From Abditibacterium sp. (GTDB lineage: Bacteria > Armatimonadota > Abditibacteriia > Abditibacteriales > Abditibacteriaceae): DNA of 64,000 nt. This document shows, one piece after another, positions 46,732-56,902 of this stretch. Positions within the stretch are counted from its first letter, which is position 1, and the number at the start of each line of letters is the position of its first letter. Location of the stretch: positions 928,001 through 992,000 of the forward strand of contig OZ251992.1 of the NCBI GenBank assembly GCA_965246885.1. The letters run 5' to 3'. The notes under the pieces are model-generated. The model worked only from the letters and a program-made list of their open reading frames with translations, was not told where the DNA came from and did not search any database. The position numbers were made by a program, and so were the translations under genes.

Positions 46732-47646
46732 TTAAAAGGCCGCCATCTTCGCTACAGCATCCACGCGCCTATCCACTTCCTCGCGCGTGAGTTTCGCCAA
46801 GGCGCCGAGGGAAAAGTCGCTGACCGTCGCCGACGCGACACTGCTACCCACCACAACGGCGCGGCGCATGTTCTCGATGGAGATGTCGCCGGTTTGCGCC
46901 AGGTACCCCGTGAACGCGCCCGCAAAACTGTCGCCTGCACCGGTGGGATCAACCACTTCCTCAATGGGAAACGACGGGGCCGAGAAGATGTCGTCGCCGC
47001 TAAACATCAAAGCGCCGTGCTCGCCCTTCTTGATGATGACCACGCGCGGGCCACGCCGGAGCATCGCGCGTCCGGCGCGAATCAGGTTTGGCTCATCAAG
47101 CAGCAAGCGCGCTTCGCCGTCGTTCATCACGGCAACATCGGCGCGCGAAAGCACTTCCAAGACGGCCTCGCGCGCGAGGTTGATCCACAGGTTCATGGTG
47201 TCGCACACGACCAAGCGGGGGTTGGCCACGCTTTCCAACACCTTCAGTTGCAGGCCGGGGTTGATGTTGGCCAGAAAGACAAAGGGCGTCCCCGACCAGC
47301 CTTCGGGCAGGTGCGGCTCGAAGGACTCGAACACGCCCAGTTCGGTTTGGTGGGTTTGCGCTTCGTTGAGGTCGCGCAGGTAGTCGCCTTTCCAGCGAAA
47401 GGTGTGGCCGCCCGCGATGCGCTGCAAGCCGCCCAAGTCCACGCCGCGCGCTTCCAAGAACTGCGTGTGCTCGGCGGGAAAGTCGTCGCCGACGACGCCG
47501 ACCAGACGGACGGGTGCGAACAAGGAAGTCGCCGTCGCCGCATAGGTCGCCGCGCCGCCAAGGGCGTTATCCACGCGGCCCGATGGCGTCTCGACCGAAT
47601 CGAGCGCGACCGAACCGACAATCAAAACGGGCAAAGAAGAAGTCAT
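46732..47646 (-). CDS. PfkB family carbohydrate/nucleoside kinase
   Basis: GSVALD, LGGAA, KKGEHG, DPTGAGDSF. Confidence 0.92.
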   Translation of the reverse strand: MTSSLPVLIVGSVALDSVETPSGRVDNALGGAATYAATATSLFAPVRLVGVVGDDFPAEHTQFLEARGVDLGGLQRIAGGHTFRWKGDYLRDLNEAQTHQTELGVFESFEPHLPEGWSGTPFVFLANINPGLQLKVLESVANPRLVVCDTMNLWINLAREAVLEVLSRADVAVMNDGEARLLLDEPNLIRAGRAMLRRGPRVVIIKKGEHGALMFSGDDIFSAPSFPIEEVVDPTGAGDSFAGAFTGYLAQTGDISIENMRRAVVVGSSVASATVSDFSLGALAKLTREEVDRRVDAVAKMAAF

Positions 47647-47679
47647 GGCTTCAAAGCCTACACAACCGGCGACACCACG

Positions 47680-48231
47680 CTACCGGGCGGCGCGTCTGGC
47701 TGCGCTTTCGGCGCGCATGAGGCGCAGTAGCACCCGCCCCAACGACGCGCCGCCGATGCACAAGAGCACCCCGGCCAAAGCCGCGAACACCCACAGCATC
47801 CGGCGCCAAAGCACGGTGGACTGGGCGTCTTCCTCGAACGAAGCGAACTGGGCGGGATTGAGCCGCGCGGCTTCGTGCGCGTCGGACAAAAGGCCCGCAT
47901 AATCACCCAACCCTTTGCGCGCCATGCACCGCGCGGCGAAAGCTCCGGCGTCGCGCGGGTCGAGGCGCAGGGCGCCCGTCAAGTCATTTTTGGCGCCTTG
48001 CCAGTCGTGCAGTTCCAAGCGCGCCACGCCGCGTCCGTGCAAGGCGTCCACTTCGATGTTGGGGTTGCCATCGGCGGCATGGAGGGCGCGGTCGAAGTGC
48101 TCGCGCGCGGCGCGCCAGTCTTCGCTCCCCCACGCGGCGTGTCCCTGCGAGAGTTCCGATGTAGCCGACTGCGCCCCCACTGGAACGGCGACGAAAAGGG
48201 CGCAAGTGACAAAGAGCAAGCAGAGGAACAT
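47680..48231 (-). CDS. TPR-repeat protein with signal peptide and C-terminal TM
   Basis: TPR-like ALHGRGVARLEL...A..DL..AL.LDP; hydrophobic C-terminus. Confidence 0.72.
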   Translation of the reverse strand: MFLCLLFVTCALFVAVPVGAQSATSELSQGHAAWGSEDWRAAREHFDRALHAADGNPNIEVDALHGRGVARLELHDWQGAKNDLTGALRLDPRDAGAFAARCMARKGLGDYAGLLSDAHEAARLNPAQFASFEEDAQSTVLWRRMLWVFAALAGVLLCIGGASLGRVLLRLMRAESAARRAAR

Positions 48232-48234
48232 GGC

Positions 48235-49683
48235 TTAAGGCGCGCTGGCTTTGGCGAGGAGCGAGCGCTCCGGTTTAGGAGAAGCAGCGGGGGTGGGAAG
48301 GGACAAGCGCACTTCGAGGCCACCTTCGGGGCGGTTGCGGGCGGAGATGGTGCCGCCGTGCGCGGCTAAAGCGCGCTGGGCGATGGCGAGACCGAGGCCG
48401 GTGCCCGACCCGCCGTCGGGCCGGTCGCGCGCGCCTTCGACGCGGTAGAAGGGACGAAAAATGTCGTCTAACTCTTCGTCAGGGACGCCGGGGCCACCGT
48501 CAGCGATGGAGAAAACGACACCGTTTTCTCCCCCCGTGAGGGTGAGGGCGACGACCGAGTCGTCGTTGGTATGCTTGAGGGCATTGCGCGTCACGTTCTC
48601 GACGGCGCGGTGCAGCAGTTCGGGATCGCCGCGCAGAATCAGCCCTTCTTCCGGCCCGGAAAAGGTGACGCGCACCCCGCGCCCGGCGTTTTGGGCTTCA
48701 AACTGGGCGTCTTCGTAGACTTCGCGGGCCAGCGCCGCGAAATCCACGCGCCCCTCCAACGTCGCGGCGGGCAGACCGTTCTCCAAGCGCGAAAGGGTCA
48801 GCAGTTCGCCGATAAGCACGTCGAGCCGGATGGCTTCGCGCGCGATGCGCTCGATGGCGTTTTGCTTTTTGGCGTCGTCGCCGCGCCGCGCCAGTTCGAG
48901 GGCGAGGTTCATGCGCGCCAAGGGCGAGCGCAGTTCGTGCGACACGTCGCCGAGCAAGCGGTTTTGCGCGGTGACGAGGGACTGCATGCGCCCCGCCATC
49001 GTATCGAAGTCGTGGGCGAGGGAAGCGATTTCGTCGCGCCCGCGCGGAACGTGGTTCGGCTCGACGCGCGCCGTTAAATCGCCTCCCGATAAGCGTTGCG
49101 CGGCGCGGCGGATGCGGCCCACCGGCACCGCCAAATAGCGGGCGAAGCTGTAGCAGAACAGGCCGCTCGCCAAAAAGACGAAGGCGAGGGAAAGAAGTTT
49201 GGTGCGCGTGTTGATGGCGCGAAACGCAACGAGGGAGCGCGAAACGGAACCGGTGACGACGAAATATCCGTAGGGCGTGGCGACGGGTTGCGAGACGGAC
49301 AAGCGTAGCGAGGAGATTTGCAGTTGCGAGCCGCCGCCCTCGGCGCTGCGCAACGAAGCGAGGGTGTTTTGCGCCAACTCCTGAATCTCATCGGGCGCTT
49401 GGGCGCCCTCTTTGAGGCCGCGCACGTGGCCACGCGGGTCGAAGACGTACACCCGAACGCCAGTGCGCCGCTCGGTGCCTTGCAAGAAGCGCCGCAATCC
49501 GGTGTCGCCGCCGCCGAGGAACTTGGCGACGGCATCGCCCGCGTAGCGGTTGAGGATCGAGGACAACAGCACCGACCGGGGCGGCGCTTCGTCGGGCACG
49601 GTTCCCAAGATGAAGATGAGCGCCAAAAGCAGCGCCGTCATCGCGCCCCAGAACCAGAGGAATATCTTGAGGAAGAGGGACAT
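48235..49683 (-). CDS. HAMP sensor histidine kinase (CpxA-like)
   Basis: SHELRSPL, ENVTRNA, DGGPG, IFRPFYR, GTGLGL. Confidence 0.93.
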   Translation of the reverse strand: MSLFLKIFLWFWGAMTALLLALIFILGTVPDEAPPRSVLLSSILNRYAGDAVAKFLGGGDTGLRRFLQGTERRTGVRVYVFDPRGHVRGLKEGAQAPDEIQELAQNTLASLRSAEGGGSQLQISSLRLSVSQPVATPYGYFVVTGSVSRSLVAFRAINTRTKLLSLAFVFLASGLFCYSFARYLAVPVGRIRRAAQRLSGGDLTARVEPNHVPRGRDEIASLAHDFDTMAGRMQSLVTAQNRLLGDVSHELRSPLARMNLALELARRGDDAKKQNAIERIAREAIRLDVLIGELLTLSRLENGLPAATLEGRVDFAALAREVYEDAQFEAQNAGRGVRVTFSGPEEGLILRGDPELLHRAVENVTRNALKHTNDDSVVALTLTGGENGVVFSIADGGPGVPDEELDDIFRPFYRVEGARDRPDGGSGTGLGLAIAQRALAAHGGTISARNRPEGGLEVRLSLPTPAASPKPERSLLAKASAP

Positions 49684-49752
49684 AGTTCGGGGTTTGGCAG
49701 GGGAAAGGGCGCAGTGGTTTAGTAGTCGCCCTCAGGGGCGCCCCGCGTCGTC

Positions 49753-50448
49753 TTATTCCTCCGGCAAGGTGTAACCGTAGCCGACGCCGCGCAGGTTTTT
49801 GAAGCGGTCGCTGCCGTCGGGGTGCGGCCCCAACTTGCGGCGCAGGTTGGAAACGTGGGTGTCAATGGAGCGGTCGCCGGGAAGGAGCTTGCGACCAAAC
49901 ACGTCGCGGAAGATTTGCTCGCGCGGCACGACGCGGCCCGATTCGCGTAAAAAAGCGGTCATCAGGTCGAATTCAAGACCCGTCAGTTCGACCTTTTCGC
50001 CGCCACGTCGTAGTGTGCGGGCGGCGAGGTTGAGTTCGACGTCGCCAACCTCGAACTTTTCGCGCGCGGCTGGCTCATTGCCGCCGCCGTGCGCGCGGCG
50101 CAGGACGGCGCGCAGGCGCGCGGCGAGTTCGCGCGGATTGAACGGCTTGGGCAGGTAGTCGTCGGCGCCGCTTTCAAGGCCCAAGATGCGGTCGGAGTCG
50201 TCGCCGCGCGCTGTCAGCATGAGAACCGGCACGCTCGACTGCGTGCGCAAGCGCCGCAAGACCTCGAAGCCGCCCAAGCCGGGAAGCATCACGTCGAGGA
50301 TAATGACGTCGAAACCGCCCGCGAGGGCGCGGTCAAGCCCGGCATCGCCGCGTTTGGCGACTTCGACATCGAAGCCTTCCAAAGTGAGAAATTCGTTCGC
50401 AAGTTCTGCGAGTTCTACGTCGTCGTCAATCAATAAAGCGCGGGGCAT
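49753..50448 (-). CDS. OmpR-family response regulator (CpxR-like)
   Basis: LIDDD, LDVMLP, LTARG, KPF, RSIDTHVSNLRRK; GGAGG RBS. Confidence 0.93.
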   Translation of the reverse strand: MPRALLIDDDVELAELANEFLTLEGFDVEVAKRGDAGLDRALAGGFDVIILDVMLPGLGGFEVLRRLRTQSSVPVLMLTARGDDSDRILGLESGADDYLPKPFNPRELAARLRAVLRRAHGGGNEPAAREKFEVGDVELNLAARTLRRGGEKVELTGLEFDLMTAFLRESGRVVPREQIFRDVFGRKLLPGDRSIDTHVSNLRRKLGPHPDGSDRFKNLRGVGYGYTLPEE

Positions 50449-50676
50449 GGTGGTTTCCTCCAAGTGTAAAACTTCTATGGTGCCGCAAAAGCATACCGTT
50501 TAGGGAGTAGATACACCCAAGAAGTGGCACGCGGCGGACAATTCGCTACCCTCCTTCTTGCCGAGCGCGCCATTTTGCCGGGGTCACTGGCACTTAGATG
50601 CAGATTCGCTGCTTCCTCGCTGGCTGCGATGGGTGCTTGGGCTTTAGTATCTGCGATAGGAGCTTGGGCTTCTCGC

Positions 50677-51558
50677 TCAATTGATTTTGGACGCTAAAGG
50701 TGTGGGAATGCTGGCAAAAGCGAGGACGTTGGTGTTATCAATATCCTCGTGATCACCGACTCTCTCCAACTTCTTTGAGCGAAGGGTGTATATTTGATAG
50801 CCGCACTCCTTCAAAAGCCCCCGGATGTCGGCGACGGAGTGTCCACCGCGCTGGGCAGCCCATTCCGAAAGCTCCAATAAAAGACACCCAATGGCTTTCC
50901 CTTGAAGCAGAGCTTTGCTGCCCAACAAAGCGTTGTATTCGCTACCCTCGATGTCCATCTTCACGAGGTCAACGGAAAGGATGCCCCTGTCGCGGCAATA
51001 GTCGTCGAGCGAAATTACTTCGGTCGCCACATCAAAGTCGTCTTGGGTGGCTTCCGATACGAAGTTCATGCCTTCATTGCTTTGCGTGGAGCCTACACAA
51101 CGATGAAGAAAAGCTTGCCCATGTTCTTGCCCCACAGCTACCACATTCACCACGATATTGTTCAAGCCGTTCAACTTCGCGTTGGCACTAACGGCTTCAG
51201 CTAAAGTGGGCGTCGGTTCAAATGAGTGAATCGTGGCCATCGGTCTTTTTTGAGCCGCTAACAAGGAATATACACCGACGTTTGCGCCCACATCAAAGAT
51301 AGTGGAAGCTGTAGCCGCTAATTCGCTCCAAAGCTCGCACCACTCTTCCTCATAGCCTCCCAAGAAGTAAATTTGGCGTTGGATTTCTTTGGTCAAATCG
51401 CAATTCATCATAATGTCGGCTTGTTTAAGCCGCCCCCGACGCTGATATTTACCAAAGGAAAGAGGTTTCCACAAAGCGGCCAACACCCTTCTCTTCCCTT
51501 TTATCGAAGGAAAATTATAGCTGTAACTTCTGAGGAGATTGTGCGCAAGGTTCTTCAT
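50677..51558 (-). CDS. FkbM family methyltransferase (AT-richer than flanks)
   Basis: DVGANVG, FEP, SLDDY, KMDIEGSE. Confidence 0.9.
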   Translation of the reverse strand: MKNLAHNLLRSYSYNFPSIKGKRRVLAALWKPLSFGKYQRRGRLKQADIMMNCDLTKEIQRQIYFLGGYEEEWCELWSELAATASTIFDVGANVGVYSLLAAQKRPMATIHSFEPTPTLAEAVSANAKLNGLNNIVVNVVAVGQEHGQAFLHRCVGSTQSNEGMNFVSEATQDDFDVATEVISLDDYCRDRGILSVDLVKMDIEGSEYNALLGSKALLQGKAIGCLLLELSEWAAQRGGHSVADIRGLLKECGYQIYTLRSKKLERVGDHEDIDNTNVLAFASIPTPLASKIN

Positions 51559-51729
51559 AATGGCTGTCGTTCCGCTCTTAAAGAGGCCATTGGATTGCTC
51601 GTCTTTTCAAAGGGTGCTCCAATGCCCCGCTTGAGTTGCGCGGGTTATTTTAGCATAAATTTTCCGCGAAGTCGAAGCTAAAGAGAAGGTGGATGACGCG
51701 AGGTGCGCTATTACTTTAAAATGTGTAGG

Positions 51730-53772
51730 ATGCTGCTCGCCGCTCCGCTTCCTGTTCCTGCGCCCGATGCCCCGCCGCCCGCCGCTTTGCCTTCTGCGCC
51801 CATTAAGAGTGCCCATTCCGCGCCGCGACTGCGTGCTTATGTAGTGGGAGTGCCGCTTTTGCTGGGCGTGTGTTTGCTGTCGGTGTATGCGGACATGGTG
51901 TCGAAGGTGGTGCAGTTCGGCGTCTTGCAGTTCGCGCCGCCCGCCATCGCCGCGCTGTTTCTGGTGGCGGGCTTCAACGCCCTCTTGAAACGCTGGACGC
52001 GGCGCACGTTTTTGTCGAGCGCCGACCTGCTCGCCATCTACGCGATGATGCTAACGGGGGTGCTGGTTTCGACGCGTGGTGTGGTGGAGAAGGTGGTCAT
52101 CCCACTCGCGTATCTGCCGTATTTCGCCACGCGCGAGAACGGCTGGAACGCGGCGCTTACGCAGCACATGCCGCGCTGGGCGGTGCCATTTGTGCCCTCG
52201 GCCAAAGCGGGGCCAGCGCCGGAAGTCATCGCCAACTTTTGGAACGGCCTTCCGCCGGGGCAACCCATTCCTTGGGGCGCGTGGATCGGGCCGCTCGCGG
52301 CGTGGTTCGCTTTGGTGGGCGCGGTGATTTGGGTGTTTCTGTGCTTGTCGGCCATCATCCGCCGTCAGTGGATGGACAACGAGCAACTCCGCTTTCCGCT
52401 TACGGCGCTTCCGCTTGCCATCATGCGCGACGAGGTGGAAGGGCAGCCGTTCTGGAGCAACAAGACGATGTGGACGGGGTTCGCGCTCGCGTTCGGCGTG
52501 TTCTTTATAAACGGGCTGAACGCGAATTTCCCCGATTTCCCCAAGCTGGTAACGGACATGAATCTGGGCGGGTATTTGAGCGACCGGCCTTGGAACCAGA
52601 TAAGTTACACGCCACTTTATCTGTCGCTCGCGGCAGTGGGGTTCTTATATTTTCTGCCGGTGGACATGCTGTTTTCGCTGTGGTTTTTCTTTGTCGTGTC
52701 GCGCTTGCAGGATGTCGGAACCGCGATGCTGGGCGGTGTGCCAATGTCCATTGGCACGCACGACGCGCGCGTCCTGACGGGCTACGAGGCGGCGGGGGCG
52801 TATCTGGTGCTGATTGGTGCGCAGCTTCGCATCGGCTGGCCGCACTTCAAAGCGGCGTGGCGCACGGCGTTCGGGCCAAAAGCGACGCGCCCGCTCGATG
52901 ACTCCGACGAGATACTCTCCTACCGCACGGCGTTTGTGGGTTTGGCGTTGGGCTTTGTGTTTATTGTCGCTTGGCTGGGCGCGGCGGGCATGAACTCTTG
53001 GTTGGCGGGCGCGCAGATGGGGTTGTACCTGTTCTTTCTGGCGGTGATCATGTCGCGCGGCGTGGCCGAAGCGGGGCTGCTGATGACGGAAACGAGCTTC
53101 TTGCCTTCGCACCTAATTCGTTTGGTCGCGCCGCTCGCCAGTTTCGGGGCGTCGAGCTTGACGATGCTCTCGACAACGGACATCATGTTCACCCGCGATA
53201 TGCGGGGGGTGCTTTTGTCCAGCTTTCTGGACAACATGAAAATCATGCGCGAAGTGGGGGTGTCGCCGCGCAAGATGCTGCTGCCGTTGGGTGGTTCGGT
53301 CGTGTTTGCGATGGTGGTTTCGACCGCGTTCTTCCTGTATCTGCACTACACGCAGGGCGGACTCTCACTCTACTACTACCCGCGCGGCAACGCGGGGAAC
53401 ATGTATACGATGGCCGCCGCGAACATCAAAGGGTCGGGGTATCTGCCCGACGCGACGGCTTACGGCGGCTTGGCAGTGGGCATCGTCGTGACAATCTTGC
53501 TGACGATGGCCCGCGCGCGCTTTTCGTGGTTCCCGCTGCATCCGCTCGCCTTCGCGCTTGCGCCGACGTGGGCGATGATTGTCCTCTGGTTCCCGTGCCT
53601 GCTGGCGTGGATGGTGAAGTCGCTCACGCTACGCTTTGGCGGCATCGAGACCTACCGGAAAGTCGCGCCGTTTATGCTGGGGCTGATCGGCGGCGAGTTC
53701 TGCGCGGCAGTGTTTTGGGCGCTGGGCAACATGGCGCGCGGCTGGTCGGCGCCGAGTTTCCCTTGGCCATGA
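51730..53772 (+). CDS. DUF6785/DUF6784-like multi-pass membrane protein (putative transporter)
   Basis: RRQW...EQLRFPL, R.VAEAG, WFPLHP, LRFGG..YR; many TM helices. Confidence 0.7.
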   Translation: MLLAAPLPVPAPDAPPPAALPSAPIKSAHSAPRLRAYVVGVPLLLGVCLLSVYADMVSKVVQFGVLQFAPPAIAALFLVAGFNALLKRWTRRTFLSSADLLAIYAMMLTGVLVSTRGVVEKVVIPLAYLPYFATRENGWNAALTQHMPRWAVPFVPSAKAGPAPEVIANFWNGLPPGQPIPWGAWIGPLAAWFALVGAVIWVFLCLSAIIRRQWMDNEQLRFPLTALPLAIMRDEVEGQPFWSNKTMWTGFALAFGVFFINGLNANFPDFPKLVTDMNLGGYLSDRPWNQISYTPLYLSLAAVGFLYFLPVDMLFSLWFFFVVSRLQDVGTAMLGGVPMSIGTHDARVLTGYEAAGAYLVLIGAQLRIGWPHFKAAWRTAFGPKATRPLDDSDEILSYRTAFVGLALGFVFIVAWLGAAGMNSWLAGAQMGLYLFFLAVIMSRGVAEAGLLMTETSFLPSHLIRLVAPLASFGASSLTMLSTTDIMFTRDMRGVLLSSFLDNMKIMREVGVSPRKMLLPLGGSVVFAMVVSTAFFLYLHYTQGGLSLYYYPRGNAGNMYTMAAANIKGSGYLPDATAYGGLAVGIVVTILLTMARARFSWFPLHPLAFALAPTWAMIVLWFPCLLAWMVKSLTLRFGGIETYRKVAPFMLGLIGGEFCAAVFWALGNMARGWSAPSFPWP

Positions 53773-54212
53773 GCCTTCCCGCGTGGGCCGAACTCGACGC
53801 GCGGTTGCCCTACTTACTCGAACGCTTCGGTGTCGCCCTTTGCTCGGATGAACCCGTCTGCGACGGCGAGGGGTGGCTTCATGTCACCGCCGCCGCGCGC
53901 GTTTGGAACCGCGAGCGGACGCATGTTCTCCAAGTCTGGAGCGCCAAAGCAGGCCGCTTCCAATTCCCCGGCGCGCATGGGAACGGCGACTTCGACATGG
54001 AAGCAGTCGCGCTCCGCGAGGCCCGCCGCGCGTTGGGCGAAGGCGCCGGACTGCGGCCCTTGGGCGCATCGGAAATACTGGTCGAAACCGTCGCCGAGTA
54101 TTGGAACACGCCCGCGCACGCACACTTCGCCATCGTCTTCGAGTTTTGGGCTGAGGGAGTGGGGGAGTTGCCCAAGGGCGCGCGTTGGACGGCGGCGGAT
54201 GCCCCCAAGTGA
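53769..54212 (+). CDS. Degenerate NUDIX-family protein
   Basis: HVTAAA, FPGAHG..D.....ALREA; ATGA overlap with the upstream gene. Confidence 0.65.
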   Translation: MSLPAWAELDARLPYLLERFGVALCSDEPVCDGEGWLHVTAAARVWNRERTHVLQVWSAKAGRFQFPGAHGNGDFDMEAVALREARRALGEGAGLRPLGASEILVETVAEYWNTPAHAHFAIVFEFWAEGVGELPKGARWTAADAPK

Positions 54213-54254
54213 CGCGCGCCGCGCGAATCGGATAAAATGGCGGCAGAAGAAACC

Positions 54255-54674
54255 ATGTTTAGCTGGAACCACAAGCCGCATCTGCGCCGCGCCCAGAACT
54301 CCGACTTCCACGCCGGGGAAACGTGGGCCTACCAAACGCGCCCCCACGAAACCGGCTCGACGTTCTTCGTCCTGCGCGTCGAAACCCTCCCCGACAACTC
54401 CAACGTCGTCCACATCCAACTGAACGGCCTCAAGATTCCCAACCCGGCCTCCCCGGACGGCCTGTCGGACTCCGCCGAACACCTGCCCGTCTCCGAAACC
54501 GCATTAGCGGCGTCCGCCACCCACAAAATTAGCTCCGCCGACGCTCCGCCGATGCCCGCCGGTTACGCCCAGTGGCGCGCCGAATGGGAAGCGGGCCGCG
54601 CCGGTGCCTTCCAGATCCCCCTCGCCGAAATCGCCGACGTGCTGGAAGAAGCGATGAATAAACTCGCTTCATGA
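54255..54674 (+). CDS. Hypothetical protein
   Basis: Host-like codon usage; GETWAYQTRP..HLP..GY..W pattern. Start 54237 or 54255. Confidence 0.7.
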   Translation: MFSWNHKPHLRRAQNSDFHAGETWAYQTRPHETGSTFFVLRVETLPDNSNVVHIQLNGLKIPNPASPDGLSDSAEHLPVSETALAASATHKISSADAPPMPAGYAQWRAEWEAGRAGAFQIPLAEIADVLEEAMNKLAS

Positions 54675-54916
54675 CCGTAAACCAAACCCTGCTGACATTC
54701 AACTCGCCCGAAGAACTCGCCGACTTTTTCGACGCCAGCGATATGGGCGACTTCGACGTGCCCGACGCGGAGTTCGAGGTGGATATCCAAACGCGCGAGT
54801 GCCTGTTTCCTGTTGACGAGGTGTTAATGCACAAAATCCTGCGCTTGGCTCAGGAACAGGCCGTGTCCACACCCGAATTAGTGCGCGGTTGGCTGGAAGA
54901 GAAGGTTGCGGCTTAA
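54671..54916 (+). CDS. CopG/BrnA-like antitoxin-family protein
   Basis: F.S.EE.ADFFD..D N-terminus and RHH-like C-terminus (LAQEQAVSTPELVRGWLEEK). Confidence 0.65.
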   Translation: MTVNQTLLTFNSPEELADFFDASDMGDFDVPDAEFEVDIQTRECLFPVDEVLMHKILRLAQEQAVSTPELVRGWLEEKVAA

Positions 54917-54943
54917 CCGCGCAAGAAGTAAAATTCCATCTGC

Positions 54944-55222
54944 ATGAACAACTCTGGTTGGCGCGTCATTTTGCGCTTCTCTTTCGATGGGGATGCTGGG
55001 TCTAAACTGAGAAATCATCTTGAGCCTATCCTGAATAAGTGCGGGGTTGAGCAAGTAAAGAGTGCTGACAAACCCACCGGGACTTGGCAATCCAGCAGTT
55101 CAACGTCTACAGAGGCTGTCGCTCAATTGAAGCGGGTGTTAGACGTTTTAGCTGATCCCACAGCTATCAATAGTCCGGCTGTCCTTGACCATCTTTGGAT
55201 TTACATCGACCGCGCAGATTGA
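54944..55222 (+). CDS. Hypothetical protein, AT-richer than flanks
   Basis: 92-aa ATG ORF filling the gap; atypical composition. Confidence 0.55.
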   Translation: MNNSGWRVILRFSFDGDAGSKLRNHLEPILNKCGVEQVKSADKPTGTWQSSSSTSTEAVAQLKRVLDVLADPTAINSPAVLDHLWIYIDRAD

Positions 55223-55225
55223 GAA

Positions 55226-55250
55226 GGGCCGCGATACAAACTCGCGGCCC
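55226..55250. terminator. Hairpin between convergent genes
   Basis: GGGCCGCGA-tacaaac-TCGCGGCCC. Confidence 0.6.
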
Positions 55251-55255
55251 CCGTC

Positions 55256-56902
55256 TCATTCGCTCTCCCGTTCAAAGCACGAGTAGTAATACGGCGTGGC
55301 GGCCTCGAATTCTCCGGCGCAGGTGTCCACCATTTTGTAGGCGGGCACGAGGCCGAATCCCTTGCGGCGGGCGCGGATTGCTAATTCGTCGAGGCCCGTC
55401 AGTTCGGCGATGTGGCCGTCGTGGAAGCCGAAGGTGCGGGCTTGGTGCATCAGTTCGGGCGTGAGGGCGTCGAGGGTTTGGCCTTTCAAGCGGCCTTCCA
55501 TTTCGACGATGGCGGCGATCTTTCGCAGGAACCAACGGTCTATGCGCGTGAGTTGGTAAATTTCTTCGACCATCAGGCCGCGCCGGAGCGCCTCGAAGAT
55601 GACGAACACGCGCTCGTCGGTCGGGGTGCGAAGTTTGCCTTCGATGTCCATTTCCGATAGCTCGCTTAGGCCCTTCTGTTTCAGGCCGATGACGCCGACT
55701 TCGAGGGAGCGTAGCGCCTTCATGAAGGCGCCCTCGAAGGAGCGGTCAATGGCCATCACTTCGCCCGTCGCCTTCATTTGCGTGGTGATGCGGCGGTCGG
55801 ATGTGCCGAACTTGTCGAAGGGCCAGCGCGGGATTTTGCACACGATATAGTCGAGCGCCGGTTCAAAACAGGCGAGGGTTTTCTTGGTGACGGCGTTTTG
55901 GATTTCGTCGAGATGGAAGCCGATGGCGATTTTCGCCGACACGCGGGCGATGGGGTAGCCGGTCGCTTTGGAGGCGAGGGCCGAGGAGCGGGACACGCGC
56001 GGGTTGACTTCGATGACGAAGTAGCGGCTGGAATGCGGGTCGAGCGACAGTTGCACGTTGCAGCCGCCTTCGATACCAAGCTCACGGATGATGTTGAGGC
56101 TGGCGGTGCGCAGCATCTGATATTCCTTGTCCGAGAGGGTTTGCGAGGGCGCGACGACGATGCTGTCTCCCGTGTGGACGCCCATCGGGTCGAGATTCTC
56201 CATGTTGCAGATGGTAATCGCCGTGTCGTTGCCGTCGCGCATGACCTCGTATTCGACCTCCTTCCAGCCGTTGAGATAGCGTTCGAGCAGAATCTGGTGA
56301 ATCAGACTGCGCTCCAAGCCGGTGTGGACGAACTGCTCCAACTGCTCGTCATTCCACGCGATGCCGCCGCCCGTGCCGCCGAGCGTGTAGGCGGGGCGAA
56401 TGATGAGCGGGTAGCCGATTTCGTCGCGGAAAGCGCGCGCTTGTTCGGGCGTGTCGCACACGGCGGATTCGGGCACGGGCTGGCCGATGGCGCGCATGGT
56501 TTCCTTGAACAAGTCGCGGTCTTCTGCCTTTTTGATCGAATCAAGCGGCGTGCCGAGCAAGCGCACGTTGTACTTGTCCAGAATCCCCGCTTCGGCGAGT
56601 TGATACGCGAGGTTCAGCCCCGTTTGCCCGCCCAGCGAGGGCAAAAGTCCGTCGGGCCGCTCCTTGGCGATGACCTGCTCCAGAAAGGGGAGGGTGAGCG
56701 GCTCGATGTAAACTGCGTCCGCAGTTTCCGGGTCGGTCATAATCGTGGCCGGGTTGGAATTGACCAGCACGACGCTGATGCCCTCCTCGCGCAGCGAAGC
56801 GCACGCCTGCGTTCCGGCGTAATCGAACTCGGCAGCCTGACCGATAACAATCGGCCCGGAGCCGATAACCATGACTTTGTGAATGTTGGGATTGAGTGGC
56901 AT
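55256..56902 (-). CDS. carB: Carbamoyl-phosphate synthase large subunit, N-terminal half only
   Basis: [38 protein letters not shown]; stops at 548 aa just after [19 protein letters not shown]. Confidence 0.93.
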   Translation of the reverse strand: MPLNPNIHKVMVIGSGPIVIGQAAEFDYAGTQACASLREEGISVVLVNSNPATIMTDPETADAVYIEPLTLPFLEQVIAKERPDGLLPSLGGQTGLNLAYQLAEAGILDKYNVRLLGTPLDSIKKAEDRDLFKETMRAIGQPVPESAVCDTPEQARAFRDEIGYPLIIRPAYTLGGTGGGIAWNDEQLEQFVHTGLERSLIHQILLERYLNGWKEVEYEVMRDGNDTAITICNMENLDPMGVHTGDSIVVAPSQTLSDKEYQMLRTASLNIIRELGIEGGCNVQLSLDPHSSRYFVIEVNPRVSRSSALASKATGYPIARVSAKIAIGFHLDEIQNAVTKKTLACFEPALDYIVCKIPRWPFDKFGTSDRRITTQMKATGEVMAIDRSFEGAFMKALRSLEVGVIGLKQKGLSELSEMDIEGKLRTPTDERVFVIFEALRRGLMVEEIYQLTRIDRWFLRKIAAIVEMEGRLKGQTLDALTPELMHQARTFGFHDGHIAELTGLDELAIRARRKGFGLVPAYKMVDTCAGEFEAATPYYYSCFERESE

